A model generated the notes under the pieces. It did no database searches, was not told where the DNA came from, and saw only the letters and a program-made list of their open reading frames with translations. The translations under genes were made by a program, and so were the position numbers. Of a stretch of 64,000 bases of DNA, positions 19,877 through 29,972 are shown piece after piece. The number at the start of each line of letters is the position of its first letter. Position 1 is the first letter of the stretch. Source of the stretch: Candidatus Latescibacterota bacterium (GTDB taxonomy: Bacteria > Latescibacterota > UBA2968 > UBA8231); the NCBI GenBank assembly GCA_965261395.1, contig OZ253462.1, forward strand, positions 864,001 through 928,000, in the 5' to 3' direction.

Positions 19877-21354
19877 GGTGGCGAGACTCGCTAAATCCCT
19901 CCGCCCTGTTCAGCACGTGCCGCCCGTGGGTAGGCATCGCCTTTGCCGCGTTGCTCGCGAGCGGGTGCCCGGCCGGGGCGCAAATGCCGGTGGAGAGTAC
20001 CCGGCCACTGGCGGATCTCAGCAGGGCTTTTCGCCACGCCTATGAACAAGTGCGCTCGGCCGTGGTTTTGATCGAGGCGACGGCCCGACCTCGGCCGAAG
20101 CGCGCATTGCCCCCCTTCCACCCGGAAATTCCCGACGAAGACTTTCGCGGCATCGGTTCGGGTACTATCGTCAGCGACGACGGCTACATTCTGAGCAATT
20201 ACCACGTCGTCGCCGGTGCCGACTCCATCCAAGTCACTCTCGCTGACCGCCGCACCTATCAGGCCGAGGTCATCGGCTTCGATTCGCTGATTGACATCGC
20301 CCTGCTCAAGGTTGAGGCGCAGGGGTTGCCTACGGTACAGTTGGCCGATTCAGACCTGTTGCAAATAGGCGACTGGGTGCTGGCCATTGGCCATCCCTTG
20401 GGCATGGGGTCAACGCTGACGCACGGCATCGTCAGCGCCCTAGGGCGCCAAGCAGGCATTTTCAACCGCAGAAGCGACGAAGAAAATCGCTACGCCATAG
20501 AGAGTTTCATCCAGACCAATGCCGTGATTAACCCCGGCAACTCCGGCGGCCCTCTACTCGACCTACAGGGCAGAGTCGTAGGGATCAACACGGCCATTTC
20601 AACGCGCACTGGTTACTACATCGGCTATGGGCTGGCTGTGCCGATCAACTTGGCACGCGAAGTGGTGGATGATCTGCTAGTCCACGGCCGGATCGTACGC
20701 GGCCATTTGGGCGTGGCCATGGCCCCTGAGATAACCCAAGAGCTAATCCGCGAGCACGGCCTCGATATGGAACGGCCGCGGGGCGTTTACCTCATCCAGG
20801 TGCAGCCCAACAGCCCCGCCGAGCGCGGTGGTCTGCTCGTCGGGGACGTCGTACTGTCGCTCGATGGTATTGCGGTGAACCACTTCAACCACCTGCAGAC
20901 GCTGATCTACGGCCGCGACCCAGGCGAGACGGTCAACCTGCAAATCATCCGCCAGAGCCAAATCCGCCAAGTCGCCGTGGTGCTCGGCGAGCGCGAAGAC
21001 GACCGGCGTCTCTCCGAGGGCCATCAGCGGTTGGCGCAGCTAGGGCTCTCGGTTGAATCCCTGCCCGCCGACTTGGCCACCGAGTTGGGCTTTGTCGGCG
21101 ACTTGGCGGCTGGACTGGGTTTTACACAAGGACAGGAGCCGGTGGTGGTAGTTGGCGTGGATCCGGACGGGCTGGCAGCGGACAAAGGCATCCAAGTGCG
21201 CGATGTGATTACCGAAGTGGATCAGGAGCGCGTTACCTCACTGGAGCAATTTGTGCGCTTTGTTTCCGAACTGGAAGAGGGACAGTCTGCGTTGTTTTGG
21301 CTTTGGCGGCCCGAGAACGGAATCGATGTCCGGGCGCTGAGGATTCCGGAGTAA
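19873..21354 (+). CDS. HtrA/DegP (Do family) serine protease with two PDZ domains
   Basis: SNYHV, DIALL and GNSGG catalytic triad motifs; two PDZ domains. Confidence 0.93.
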   Translation: MRWRDSLNPSALFSTCRPWVGIAFAALLASGCPAGAQMPVESTRPLADLSRAFRHAYEQVRSAVVLIEATARPRPKRALPPFHPEIPDEDFRGIGSGTIVSDDGYILSNYHVVAGADSIQVTLADRRTYQAEVIGFDSLIDIALLKVEAQGLPTVQLADSDLLQIGDWVLAIGHPLGMGSTLTHGIVSALGRQAGIFNRRSDEENRYAIESFIQTNAVINPGNSGGPLLDLQGRVVGINTAISTRTGYYIGYGLAVPINLAREVVDDLLVHGRIVRGHLGVAMAPEITQELIREHGLDMERPRGVYLIQVQPNSPAERGGLLVGDVVLSLDGIAVNHFNHLQTLIYGRDPGETVNLQIIRQSQIRQVAVVLGEREDDRRLSEGHQRLAQLGLSVESLPADLATELGFVGDLAAGLGFTQGQEPVVVVGVDPDGLAADKGIQVRDVITEVDQERVTSLEQFVRFVSELEEGQSALFWLWRPENGIDVRALRIPE

Positions 21355-21358
21355 AATC

Positions 21359-22498
21359 ATGATGCACGACCTAAAAGGCACCGATGCCCTGCTGATAATC
21401 GGCAGCAGCGAACGCTGCGCCAATCTGTTCTACGCCACCCGCTTTCGCGCTCCCGATCCCTTCGTCTTTCTGTGGACCTCCAGCGAAAAACTTATGCTCG
21501 CCAACAACCTCGAAATTGACCGTGCGCGCGACCAAGCCTGCGTCAACCGGGTATTGCCTTATGCCCAGTACGAGGAGCGGGCCAAGGAAAGAGGCCAGGA
21601 GCGGCCCAACGGCAAAGCCGTCTTGTTGGAACTTTTGCGCGATCTAGGCTTGGAGAAGCTGCAAGTACCCGCTGATTTTCCCCTTGCTACGGCCGATTTT
21701 CTGCGAGGAGAGGGCGTCGAGCTCGCCATTGCGGCCGAGCCGCTCTTTCCCCAGCGCAAAATCAAGGACGCCGAAGAGATCGTGGGCATGCGCCGGGCCA
21801 TGCGGGCCGCCGAAGCGGGAATGGAAACGGCGATTGAGGGGCTGCGCGCAGCCGATGTGCGCGACGGCGTGCTCTTCCTCAACGGCGCCGTACTCACTTC
21901 AGAGCGATTGCGGCGCATGGTGCATCAGACGCTAATGGACTGCGACAGCATTGGCGAACATACCATCATCGCCAGCGGCGACCAAGGCTGCGACCCACAC
22001 CAAGTGGGCTTTGGGCCTTTGCGCGCCAGTGAGACCATCATCATCGACATTTTTCCACGCGACGAGGCGAGCGGCTACTACGGAGACCTGACGCGGACCG
22101 TTTGTAAGGGGCAGGCATCCAAGCCGATGCAGCACCTATACGAAACCGTGCTGGAGGCGCAACAATTAGGCTTAGACCACATCCGCCCGGGTGCTGAAGG
22201 CCACCTTATTCACGAATCAATCCAACGGTTTTTCGGCGATGCCGGCTACGAGACGGGAGAAAAAGATGGCTATATGCAGGGCTACATCCACAGCACTGGT
22301 CATGGGTTAGGTCTGGAGATCCACGAGGAGCCGAGGATCGGCCCGCACGGCGATGTGCTTGAGTCAGGCCATGTCGTGACGATGGAACCGGGACTCTACT
22401 ACCGAGGCTTAGGGGGCGTGCGGATCGAAGATACGGTCGTCGTTTGCCAAGGCGGCTATGAAAACCTATCCAGCCTGCCCAAGGTGCTCGAAGTGTGA
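21359..22498 (+). CDS. Xaa-Pro peptidase (M24)
   Basis: D..D, HSTGHGLGLEIHE, EPG, RIED. Confidence 0.92.
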   Translation: MMHDLKGTDALLIIGSSERCANLFYATRFRAPDPFVFLWTSSEKLMLANNLEIDRARDQACVNRVLPYAQYEERAKERGQERPNGKAVLLELLRDLGLEKLQVPADFPLATADFLRGEGVELAIAAEPLFPQRKIKDAEEIVGMRRAMRAAEAGMETAIEGLRAADVRDGVLFLNGAVLTSERLRRMVHQTLMDCDSIGEHTIIASGDQGCDPHQVGFGPLRASETIIIDIFPRDEASGYYGDLTRTVCKGQASKPMQHLYETVLEAQQLGLDHIRPGAEGHLIHESIQRFFGDAGYETGEKDGYMQGYIHSTGHGLGLEIHEEPRIGPHGDVLESGHVVTMEPGLYYRGLGGVRIEDTVVVCQGGYENLSSLPKVLEV

Positions 22499-22563
22499 AC
22501 GCGGTCCTTTCGCCAACAGGAGTACTCGTTGACAAAAAAGGAAAATTGAGCAGATTTACTCTT

Positions 22564-22998
22564 ATGCGACGACACAAATTCACCCTCGGCTCCCTAGTCA
22601 TTGCCGCTGGCTTGATCTACCTTTTTGCGGCCGGCTTCCAACAGTCGACGGCGACTCACATGACGCTGCAAACCCTGATGAACGGAGCTATCGACGCGGG
22701 CCAGCGCATCCAGCTAGGCGGCAGCACCGTGGTACCTGGTTCGATTGAGTGGGACCGGTATCGCTCGCGTCCCGAATTTGTGATTACCGACGGGCAACAC
22801 ACGCTGCGGGTGCGCTACATCGGACACGCAGTGCTGCCCGATACCTTCAAAGACGAGGCACTGGTAGTTCTCGAAGGCGAATACCAGCCAGCCGACCGGA
22901 TCTTTGACGCTGAGATCGTCTTTGCCAAGTGCCCCTCCAAATACGAGGGGCAAAGCTATGAAGGCCACGTGCAGGCGATGAATAGCCCGAGCGGCTAG
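22564..22998 (+). CDS. ccmE: Cytochrome c maturation heme chaperone CcmE, CxxxY variant
   Basis: N-terminal TM, LPDTFK, AKCPSKY in place of AKHDENY. Confidence 0.92.
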   Translation: MRRHKFTLGSLVIAAGLIYLFAAGFQQSTATHMTLQTLMNGAIDAGQRIQLGGSTVVPGSIEWDRYRSRPEFVITDGQHTLRVRYIGHAVLPDTFKDEALVVLEGEYQPADRIFDAEIVFAKCPSKYEGQSYEGHVQAMNSPSG

Positions 22999-23031
22999 CC
23001 CGCAGCACCTTTTGGCTTTTCCCGACATTTT

Positions 23032-25488
23032 ATGATTGATATCGGCTATTTTGCCTTGTGCCTGGCACTCCTAGCGTCCGGCTATGGGGTGCTGGCGTCG
23101 GCCCTCGGGGCAAGGCGTGGCCACTTGGGTCTGGTGCGCTCGGGCGAAAACGGGGTCTTGGCGACCTGTGCCCTGCTGACGCTAGCGGTTCTCGCCCTGT
23201 GGCACGCTCTCCTCTCTCACGACTTCCAAGTCGAGTACGTGGCCGAAAACAGCAACCGCGCCATGCCTTTGTTCTATTTAATGACGGCGCTGTGGGGTGG
23301 GCAGAACGGGTCGCTGTTGTTTTGGGGCTGGATCCTATCCATCTACTCAGCGGGCTTAGCGGCACTCTACCGCCAGCGCTATCGCGAATTGATGCCCTAT
23401 GCGCTGGCGACCCTATCCTTGACCAGCTTCTTCTTTTGCATCGTGCATCTGTTTGCCGCCGACCCGTTCCAGCGCCTGCCTTTCACGCCAGAGGACGGCC
23501 GCGGGCTCAACCCGATTCTGCAACACCCCGTCATGGCCATTCACCCGCCGATGCTTTACTTGGGGATGGTGGGCATGGTCGTACCCTTTGCCTTTGCCAT
23601 CGCCGCGCTCTTGGCTGGCAAATTGGACGCTACTTGGCTCCGCGCTTCGCGCCGCTGGATGCTCATTCCTTGGACCTTTCTCGGCTTCGGTCTCCTGCTA
23701 GGCGGCAAATGGGCCTATGTCGAACTGGGGTGGGGTGGATATTGGGGTTGGGATCCGGTAGAGAATTCCTCGCTGATGCCTTGGCTGGTCGCCACCGCGT
23801 TTCTGCACTCGATTATGATTCAAGAGCGCAAGGGCATGCTCAAGGTATGGAATGTGGCGCTGGCGATTCTCACCTACGCGCTGTGCATCTTCGGCACCTT
23901 TATGACCCGTAGCGGCATCATCTCCTCGGTTCACGCCTTTGCCCAATCCAATATCGGCCCTTTTTTCGGCACGTTCCTAGTCCTGACGCTGGTTTTTTCT
24001 TTTGGGCTTTTGTGGCTGCGGCGGCCCCTGCTCAAGGCCGAGAACCGCTTGGAATCGTTTGCCTCGCGCGAAACGGCTTTCTTGCTCAACAACTGGGTTC
24101 TCTTGGGGATGCTCTTCGCCGTGTTCTGGGGCACGGTCTTCCCGCTGGTCTCCGAAGCCTTGACCGACGAGCAAATCACGGTCGGCCCCCCCTTTTTCAA
24201 CCAAGTCACGATTCCCATCGGCCTGGTGCTCCTGTTGTTGACGGGTGCTGGTCCGCTCTTCGCTTGGCGCCGCACTTCCAGCGAAAGCCTGCGCAAAAAC
24301 TTCATCCGCCCGGTGACGGCGGGCGCACTTTCTTGCGGAGTCTTTTTTGCTCTCGGCGTGCGCGATCCCTATGTCGTGCTGTCGTTCGGGCTGTGCGTCT
24401 TCGTTCTCGTCGCGCTCACTTCCGAGTTCCACGCCGGCGCACGGGCGCGGATGCACAGTACGGGCGAGTCCTATCCGCTGGCATTGTATCGCCTCTGCGC
24501 CAAGAACCGGCGGCGTTACGGCGGGTATTTGACTCACCTCGGGCTGGTATTGCTCTTTGCTGGCTTCACCGGCAAAGCCTTTACCCAAGAAACCGAAGTT
24601 GTCCTCGACCAAGGGGCTTCGCGTCAAGTCGGCGAATACCGGATGACCTTCGCGTCGCTGGCCTTCGCCGAAAACCCCAACTACAGCACGACCGCCGCAG
24701 CCTTGGCCCTGCACCGCGGCGATCAATTCCTCGGCACGCTGCTGCCAGAGCGACGCTACTACCCGGCTTTTGACCAAGGAACCACTGAAGTCTCCATTTA
24801 CTCGACATGGCGCGAGGACTTCTATGTAATTCTGGTGGGGTCTGCCGAGGACCAAAGCGCCAAATTCCAAGTCTATATCAATCCGCTAATCAACTTTGTG
24901 TGGCTCGGTGCTGTCGTCCTAGTACTTGGCGCACTGTGGGCGATGTGGCCCACGCCACGAGACCGGCGGCTAGCTCGAATCGATCGCGAAACCGCAATGG
25001 ACTCGGCCATCGCACGGAGGTCTCGTACTTACGTATCCGTGCTCGCTGCATTGGCACTGGGCTTCTCGCCGGTAGGAGCAGCAACAACGGCGGAAATCAA
25101 GTCTGTGGCTGGGGAGTTGGTCTGTCTCTGCGGTAATTGCCCTCGGGAATCCCTAGCCACCTGTCTTTGCACCGACTTCGCCGTACCCGAACGCGAGGCG
25201 ATTGGCTTAGCCCTGGACCAAGGTCAAACTCGGCAGCAGATCGTCGATGGCTATGTAACGCGTTTTGGCTTGATGGTCTTAGTCACCCCGCCGCACGAGG
25301 GCTTTAACTTGCTGGCTTGGGTCGCGCCCTTTTTGGTTCTTTTGTTTGGCGTCGCCTTAGTACGCACACTGCTAGTTCGCTGGAAAGACCACGGCCAAGT
25401 GCCTCTACCGTCCAAGCCCCCTCCAGCCGACCATAGCCAAGACGCGGATCGCCTGAGACGCGAATTGGATCACTACGACGACGGCTAG
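23032..25488 (+). CDS. ccmF: Heme lyase CcmF fused to a C-terminal CcmH-like domain
   Basis: IHPP, WGGYWGWDPVEN, RSG..SVHAF; C-terminal LVCLCGNC...YVTRFG..VL..PP...LAW. Confidence 0.93.
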   Translation: MIDIGYFALCLALLASGYGVLASALGARRGHLGLVRSGENGVLATCALLTLAVLALWHALLSHDFQVEYVAENSNRAMPLFYLMTALWGGQNGSLLFWGWILSIYSAGLAALYRQRYRELMPYALATLSLTSFFFCIVHLFAADPFQRLPFTPEDGRGLNPILQHPVMAIHPPMLYLGMVGMVVPFAFAIAALLAGKLDATWLRASRRWMLIPWTFLGFGLLLGGKWAYVELGWGGYWGWDPVENSSLMPWLVATAFLHSIMIQERKGMLKVWNVALAILTYALCIFGTFMTRSGIISSVHAFAQSNIGPFFGTFLVLTLVFSFGLLWLRRPLLKAENRLESFASRETAFLLNNWVLLGMLFAVFWGTVFPLVSEALTDEQITVGPPFFNQVTIPIGLVLLLLTGAGPLFAWRRTSSESLRKNFIRPVTAGALSCGVFFALGVRDPYVVLSFGLCVFVLVALTSEFHAGARARMHSTGESYPLALYRLCAKNRRRYGGYLTHLGLVLLFAGFTGKAFTQETEVVLDQGASRQVGEYRMTFASLAFAENPNYSTTAAALALHRGDQFLGTLLPERRYYPAFDQGTTEVSIYSTWREDFYVILVGSAEDQSAKFQVYINPLINFVWLGAVVLVLGALWAMWPTPRDRRLARIDRETAMDSAIARRSRTYVSVLAALALGFSPVGAATTAEIKSVAGELVCLCGNCPRESLATCLCTDFAVPEREAIGLALDQGQTRQQIVDGYVTRFGLMVLVTPPHEGFNLLAWVAPFLVLLFGVALVRTLLVRWKDHGQVPLPSKPPPADHSQDADRLRRELDHYDDG

Positions 25489-25524
25489 TTCGGCCAAACC
25501 GACGAGGGCCTGTGAGGGCCTTTT

Positions 25525-25965
25525 ATGATGAACGTGGTAGACCTCTTACCCATATTGTGTTCAGTCGCTCTGCTGTTGGGGCTGTTGCTCTATCTGGGAT
25601 ATCCCCTCTTAACGAGCGGGCGAGTGGGCGCGGCGAGTAGGCCGACGCGACAACTTTTTGAACGCAAGGAGCAGCTTTTAGGCGAGATCGTCGAGTTGGA
25701 ACTTGACCGCGAGCTCGGCAAAGTGTCCGCAGAGGACTTTCAGCGCCTATTCGCCGAGTTGGAGGCCGAGACGCTGGCGATCATCGGCGAGTTGGATCGG
25801 CTCAACGGCGCGAGTAGCTATCAACTCGAACGACGCCTCGAGGAGGAGGTCGCGGCTCTGCGTCAAAAGACCGCCGTTACCCGTTGTCAAGGCTGCGGGA
25901 CTGTGCGCCGCGAGGGCGATCTGTTCTGCCCTCAATGCGGGGCCTCTTTAGTGGAATCTAGCTGA
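25525..25965 (+). CDS. Ccm-associated membrane-anchored zinc-ribbon protein (CcmI N-terminus-like)
   Basis: TM, ELELDRELGK helix, C-terminal CQGC..CPQC. Confidence 0.75.
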   Translation: MMNVVDLLPILCSVALLLGLLLYLGYPLLTSGRVGAASRPTRQLFERKEQLLGEIVELELDRELGKVSAEDFQRLFAELEAETLAIIGELDRLNGASSYQLERRLEEEVAALRQKTAVTRCQGCGTVRREGDLFCPQCGASLVESS

Positions 25966-25968
25966 GCC

Positions 25969-27042
25969 ATGGTCCTGCGCTTGCTTTGCGCGGCAATCGT
26001 CCTTTGCGCTTCCGATCTGTGGGGCGCGGAGATCAACGGTTATGTACTCAACCCCTTCACCCAAGCGCGAATCCCAAGCATTCCCGTGGCCTTCTACGTC
26101 CGCCAAGACGGAGAGGTCCTCGAGATGCTACGCAAGGAGACCGACGCCGAGGGGCGCTTCTCTTTTGCCGGCCCCTTTCTGCAGAGCGGACTCCACTTCG
26201 GGCTGGCTGCCTTCTACGATGGCATCCCTTACTTCTCTTCGACCCTTGAGGCCGGCGCGCAACAACAGATCATCCTCGAGGTTTACGAAAAAACCGATGA
26301 TCCCGCCGGCATCCGAATCGGTACCCATCATCTCTTTTTTTCTGTACGCGAGGACGCGATTGAGTGTGTCCAGCTCCTGCAAATCCACAACACCCTAGAG
26401 CGCACTTATTCAGGCAGCGGCGACGGGCGTGAGCGTCGAGTGACCGAACTTGCCTTGCCAACGGGCATCTTCAACCTCCAAAGCCACTCGGGTCTGCTCC
26501 ACCAAGCCGGAGAAGGCAGTTTCTTCGACAACCAGCCTCTGCCTCCAGGCCGCTCGCAGCGGAGTTTTTCTTTTAATCTCGACCCACGGAACTTCGCCAA
26601 TCCCTATGTGCATCAGGCGATCTATCCCACCGACCGCTTGGAGGTTTTTCTCGACCCTCCTTCCATTGAGATCAAACCACCCTTTATCGACTTAGGTATT
26701 GTCGAACAGCACGACCGCCAATACCGAAAAGTTGCCATAGAAAACCTACCGCCAAGCCAGCAGGTGGCGATCCCCTTACCCCTCACTCCCTCGCTGCGTT
26801 GGTCGCTCAAGTGGGCCGCGCTGGCGGGCGCATTCCTCGTCGGCGGTGTCGCGCTGGCATTGAGTCGCCAACACTCAAGCTCCAATCACACCCACGCACT
26901 GGAACGGCGACAGCATCTCATTGAGGAACTCGCTCGGATCGACGACGCTTTTGCCGGTCGGCCCGAAGATCCGCATTACATTGACCAGCGGGCGCGTCTA
27001 ATGCGCGAAGCTGTTGCCCTGACTCAAGCACTTGAAGTGTGA
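25969..27042 (+). CDS. Ccm-associated exported beta-sandwich protein with C-terminal TM
   Basis: Signal peptide, TDAEGRFSF motif, C-terminal TM plus LIEELARID helix. Confidence 0.7.
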   Translation: MVLRLLCAAIVLCASDLWGAEINGYVLNPFTQARIPSIPVAFYVRQDGEVLEMLRKETDAEGRFSFAGPFLQSGLHFGLAAFYDGIPYFSSTLEAGAQQQIILEVYEKTDDPAGIRIGTHHLFFSVREDAIECVQLLQIHNTLERTYSGSGDGRERRVTELALPTGIFNLQSHSGLLHQAGEGSFFDNQPLPPGRSQRSFSFNLDPRNFANPYVHQAIYPTDRLEVFLDPPSIEIKPPFIDLGIVEQHDRQYRKVAIENLPPSQQVAIPLPLTPSLRWSLKWAALAGAFLVGGVALALSRQHSSSNHTHALERRQHLIEELARIDDAFAGRPEDPHYIDQRARLMREAVALTQALEV

Positions 27043-27755
27043 TGGATGGAGACGGCGCCATCGTCCTAGCGGGTGCTGCCAAGCGCTTCGGCACCCACAC
27101 AGCCCTGCATCCCACCAATCTGGTCATCCCGCGAGGCCAAGCGGTGCTGCTCGTTGGTGCCAATGGCGCGGGCAAGAGTACTATGCTGCGACTGATGGCC
27201 GGCCTCTGCCGACCTTCGGAGGGGTGCGTGAGGATCAACGGTCGCGATCCCCAACGCATTCCCGAGGCGCGGGCGGAGATCGGCCTCCTTTCGCATCAGA
27301 CCTTGCTCTACGACGAACTGACGGCGAGAGAGAACTTGTGCTTCTTCACCCAGCTCTATGGATTGGACAACCCAGACGAAAGGCTCACTGCGGCCTTAGA
27401 GGCTGTTGGCCTGAACGAGCAGCTCGACCAGCGCGTAGGTTCGTTCTCTCGCGGTATGAAGCAGCGTCTGGCTATTGCCCGTGCTATCCTGCATCGCCCC
27501 TCTATCCTCCTGCTTGACGAGCCATTTACTGGCCTCGATGCCGGTGCCAGCGCTGCATTGCACTGCCTCATGCGCCGCTTTCGGCAAGAGGGGTTCACTT
27601 GCGTCTTGGTAACTCATCGCCTCGATGAAGCCGATGGTTTAGTGGATCGCTTGCTGGTGATCGAACGCGGGCAATGGCGGTTGGACCAAGCCTTGACGGA
27701 TAATTCGGATCAACTGCGCAGGCTCTGCGCGCCCTATCTCGACGCCGAACCATGA
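27039..27755 (+). CDS. ccmA: Heme exporter ATP-binding subunit CcmA
   Basis: GANGAGKS, FSRGMKQR, LLDEP; operon context. Confidence 0.9.
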   Translation: MMDGDGAIVLAGAAKRFGTHTALHPTNLVIPRGQAVLLVGANGAGKSTMLRLMAGLCRPSEGCVRINGRDPQRIPEARAEIGLLSHQTLLYDELTARENLCFFTQLYGLDNPDERLTAALEAVGLNEQLDQRVGSFSRGMKQRLAIARAILHRPSILLLDEPFTGLDAGASAALHCLMRRFRQEGFTCVLVTHRLDEADGLVDRLLVIERGQWRLDQALTDNSDQLRRLCAPYLDAEP

Positions 27756-28429
27756 GCTTTTTAGGACGGGCGCTGGCAATACTGCGCAAAGACCTGAAGG
27801 CCGAGTGGCGTACTAAGGCGCGTCTCAGCCCGATGGTCTTCTTTATACTGTTGATGTTGTTGGTCTTCAACTTTTCCTTCGATTTAGGCGGGGCCGCTCT
27901 GCGCGAGATTGGGCCTGGTACACTCTGGTCGTCCTATGTCTTGGCCAGCCTGCTGAGTCTGGGCCGCTCGTTTGCTGACGAACGCGAAAACGACGCGCTC
28001 GACGCGTTGCTGTTAGCACCGGGGGACCGCGGTTCCATATATCTAGGTAAAATGCTGGGCAATTTTGTTTTTCTCCTAGCGGTCGAACTGCTAAGTTTGC
28101 CCTTTTTCGCCCTCTTCTTTAATCTGTCCCTGGGCTTCTTCTTGCTCCCCCTGTTGGCAGTCTTCGTCCTAGGATCGGCTTGTATGGCATCGGTGGGCAC
28201 GCTCTTTGCAGCACTATCTAACAACATGCGGTTGCGCGAGCTACTGCTGCCTCTTTTGCTCTTGCCCATGATCTTGCCGGCGTTGATTTCCTGCGTGGAG
28301 GCGACGGGGCTAGTGCTGGCCAATGACTGTTGCGAAAAGCTCTTCCCGCACCTGCAGATGTTGGGGGTGTACGCGGTAGTTTTCACGGTGCTCTCGCTAA
28401 TGCTCTTTGAATACGCAATCGAGGAATGA
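27752..28429 (+). CDS. ccmB: Heme exporter permease CcmB
   Basis: KDLKAEWR, RSF..E, LLLPLLLLP. Confidence 0.92.
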   Translation: MSFLGRALAILRKDLKAEWRTKARLSPMVFFILLMLLVFNFSFDLGGAALREIGPGTLWSSYVLASLLSLGRSFADERENDALDALLLAPGDRGSIYLGKMLGNFVFLLAVELLSLPFFALFFNLSLGFFLLPLLAVFVLGSACMASVGTLFAALSNNMRLRELLLPLLLLPMILPALISCVEATGLVLANDCCEKLFPHLQMLGVYAVVFTVLSLMLFEYAIEE

Positions 28430-29097
28430 TGCGTTCGGTCCCTTTCTCCTGTTTGGTTTTCGTGGTCATGCTCGTCGCCTTGGGCGCGATTTTTCTGTGG
28501 GTACCCACAGAAAAAGAAATGGGAATCGTCCAGCGAATCTTCTATTTTCACGTGCCGGCGGCGATTTCTTCGTTTTTGGCCTTCTTTCTGGTGTTCGTCG
28601 GCAGTGTACAGTACCTGCGCACCCGCGAGGACAAATGGGATCGCCTAGCGCTATGCTCCGCCGAATTGGGCGTGATCTTTGCGTTGATCGTGCTGATCAC
28701 TGGGCCTTTATGGGCCAAACCCATCTGGGGAGTTTACTGGCGCTGGGAGCCGCGCCTGACCTCAATGCTGATTACTTTCACCATCTACGTGGCTTACCTA
28801 ATGGTGCGGGGATACGGGGCTCACTCTACCTCAGTACAGCGCATCAGTGCTGTACTGGGCATTCTCGCCTTCGCCAACGTTCCCTTGGTATATTATGCCG
28901 TCGATCTGTGGGCCGCCGACCAACAGCTACACCCGCCGCGCAACGTAGAACTCGAGCCGACGATGCAATACACCAAGTGGATCTGCTACGCAGCTTTCTT
29001 CCTGCTGCTCTTTCGCCTCCTAGCGCAACGCATGGAACTAGCCCGCATCGAAAAAGCCGTGGCACTCCTGCGGCAAAAACTAATTGACGAAACGTAA
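28426..29097 (+). CDS. ccmC: Heme exporter/delivery protein CcmC
   Basis: FYFHVP, WGVYWRWEPRLT (WWD domain), LHP. Confidence 0.93.
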   Translation: MMRSVPFSCLVFVVMLVALGAIFLWVPTEKEMGIVQRIFYFHVPAAISSFLAFFLVFVGSVQYLRTREDKWDRLALCSAELGVIFALIVLITGPLWAKPIWGVYWRWEPRLTSMLITFTIYVAYLMVRGYGAHSTSVQRISAVLGILAFANVPLVYYAVDLWAADQQLHPPRNVELEPTMQYTKWICYAAFFLLLFRLLAQRMELARIEKAVALLRQKLIDET

Positions 29098-29103
29098 GAG
29101 ACT

Positions 29104-29283
29104 ATGGACAATCTCCACTACTTATTTGCAGCCTTCGCGGCCGTGTGGATCGTGCTTTTTGCCTATTTGGCGCACCTAAGCCGACGAACAGGGGAACTGG
29201 GCCGCCAACTCGCAGAACTTGAGCTGATGCTGAAGAACAGAAAGGGCAATTTGCCAAATGGCGAAGAGGCACGAGTTAGTTGA
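29104..29283 (+). CDS. ccmD: CcmD family small membrane protein (59 aa, below the ORF-track cutoff)
   Basis: MDNLHYLFAAFAAVWIVLFAYLAHLSRR... single TM then charged helix, directly after ccmC. Confidence 0.85.
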   Translation: MDNLHYLFAAFAAVWIVLFAYLAHLSRRTGELGRQLAELELMLKNRKGNLPNGEEARVS

Positions 29284-29354
29284 CACTTGCTTTGAGGTCG
29301 TATTATATTTCACAAGTCAATTGGCAATCGCCTATTAAACCGCAGTGTACCGCT

Positions 29355-29969
29355 ATGGTTCTGATGGAAGTCAAGGGGGTCTTAAGCAGCAAATCTCAAT
29401 CTTTATACCCTGAAGTAGTGCTCAAAGAAGTCGAAGGCAATTATTATCTGCACATTGTCATCGGCCGCTTCGAGGCGGCAGCCATTTCTATGGCCCACGG
29501 CAAGCGGCAACCTGCGCGACCCATCAGTTATGACCTAGCTCACCAGATTCTCGCCGACGTAGACGCCCGGGTAGTTCGGGTCGAAATCACGGACTTTAAC
29601 TTGCGCGAAAGAACGTACTACGCCGAGATTCACCTCGTCGACGACGAGGGCAAAACTCATACGCTCGACGCACGTCCCAGCGATGCAATTGCTCTAGCCT
29701 TGCGCTTTCGTGCGCCGATCTACGCCGCCGTCGAGATTCTCAAAGAAGTGGGCTGCGTTCGCTCTGACGACGATGAATGGGTTAAGGCTGACGTTGAAAC
29801 CATCACCAAACCCGTGGCCGCACCGCAGGAAGAGCATCCTACCATCGCCGCACCAGCCGTTAATCAGCTAGAACAACTCAAAAGACGCATGCGCCAAGCC
29901 GTTGCCGAAGAAGTTTATGAGGAAGCGGCGCGGCTTCGCGACGAGATTAGTCGTCTCCAACAGGGATGA
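29355..29969 (+). CDS. Bifunctional nuclease (DUF151) with C-terminal UVR domain, copy 1
   Basis: IGRFEAAAI, RPISYDL, DARPSDAIALA, EVYEEAARLRD. Confidence 0.9.
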   Translation: MVLMEVKGVLSSKSQSLYPEVVLKEVEGNYYLHIVIGRFEAAAISMAHGKRQPARPISYDLAHQILADVDARVVRVEITDFNLRERTYYAEIHLVDDEGKTHTLDARPSDAIALALRFRAPIYAAVEILKEVGCVRSDDDEWVKADVETITKPVAAPQEEHPTIAAPAVNQLEQLKRRMRQAVAEEVYEEAARLRDEISRLQQG

Positions 29970-29972
29970 TCA

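Noticed and set aside
25963-25971. In-frame TGA-GCC-ATG junction as selenocysteine readthrough
   Set aside because: The downstream ORF begins with its own signal peptide; no SECIS hairpin or Cys-homologue context was seen.
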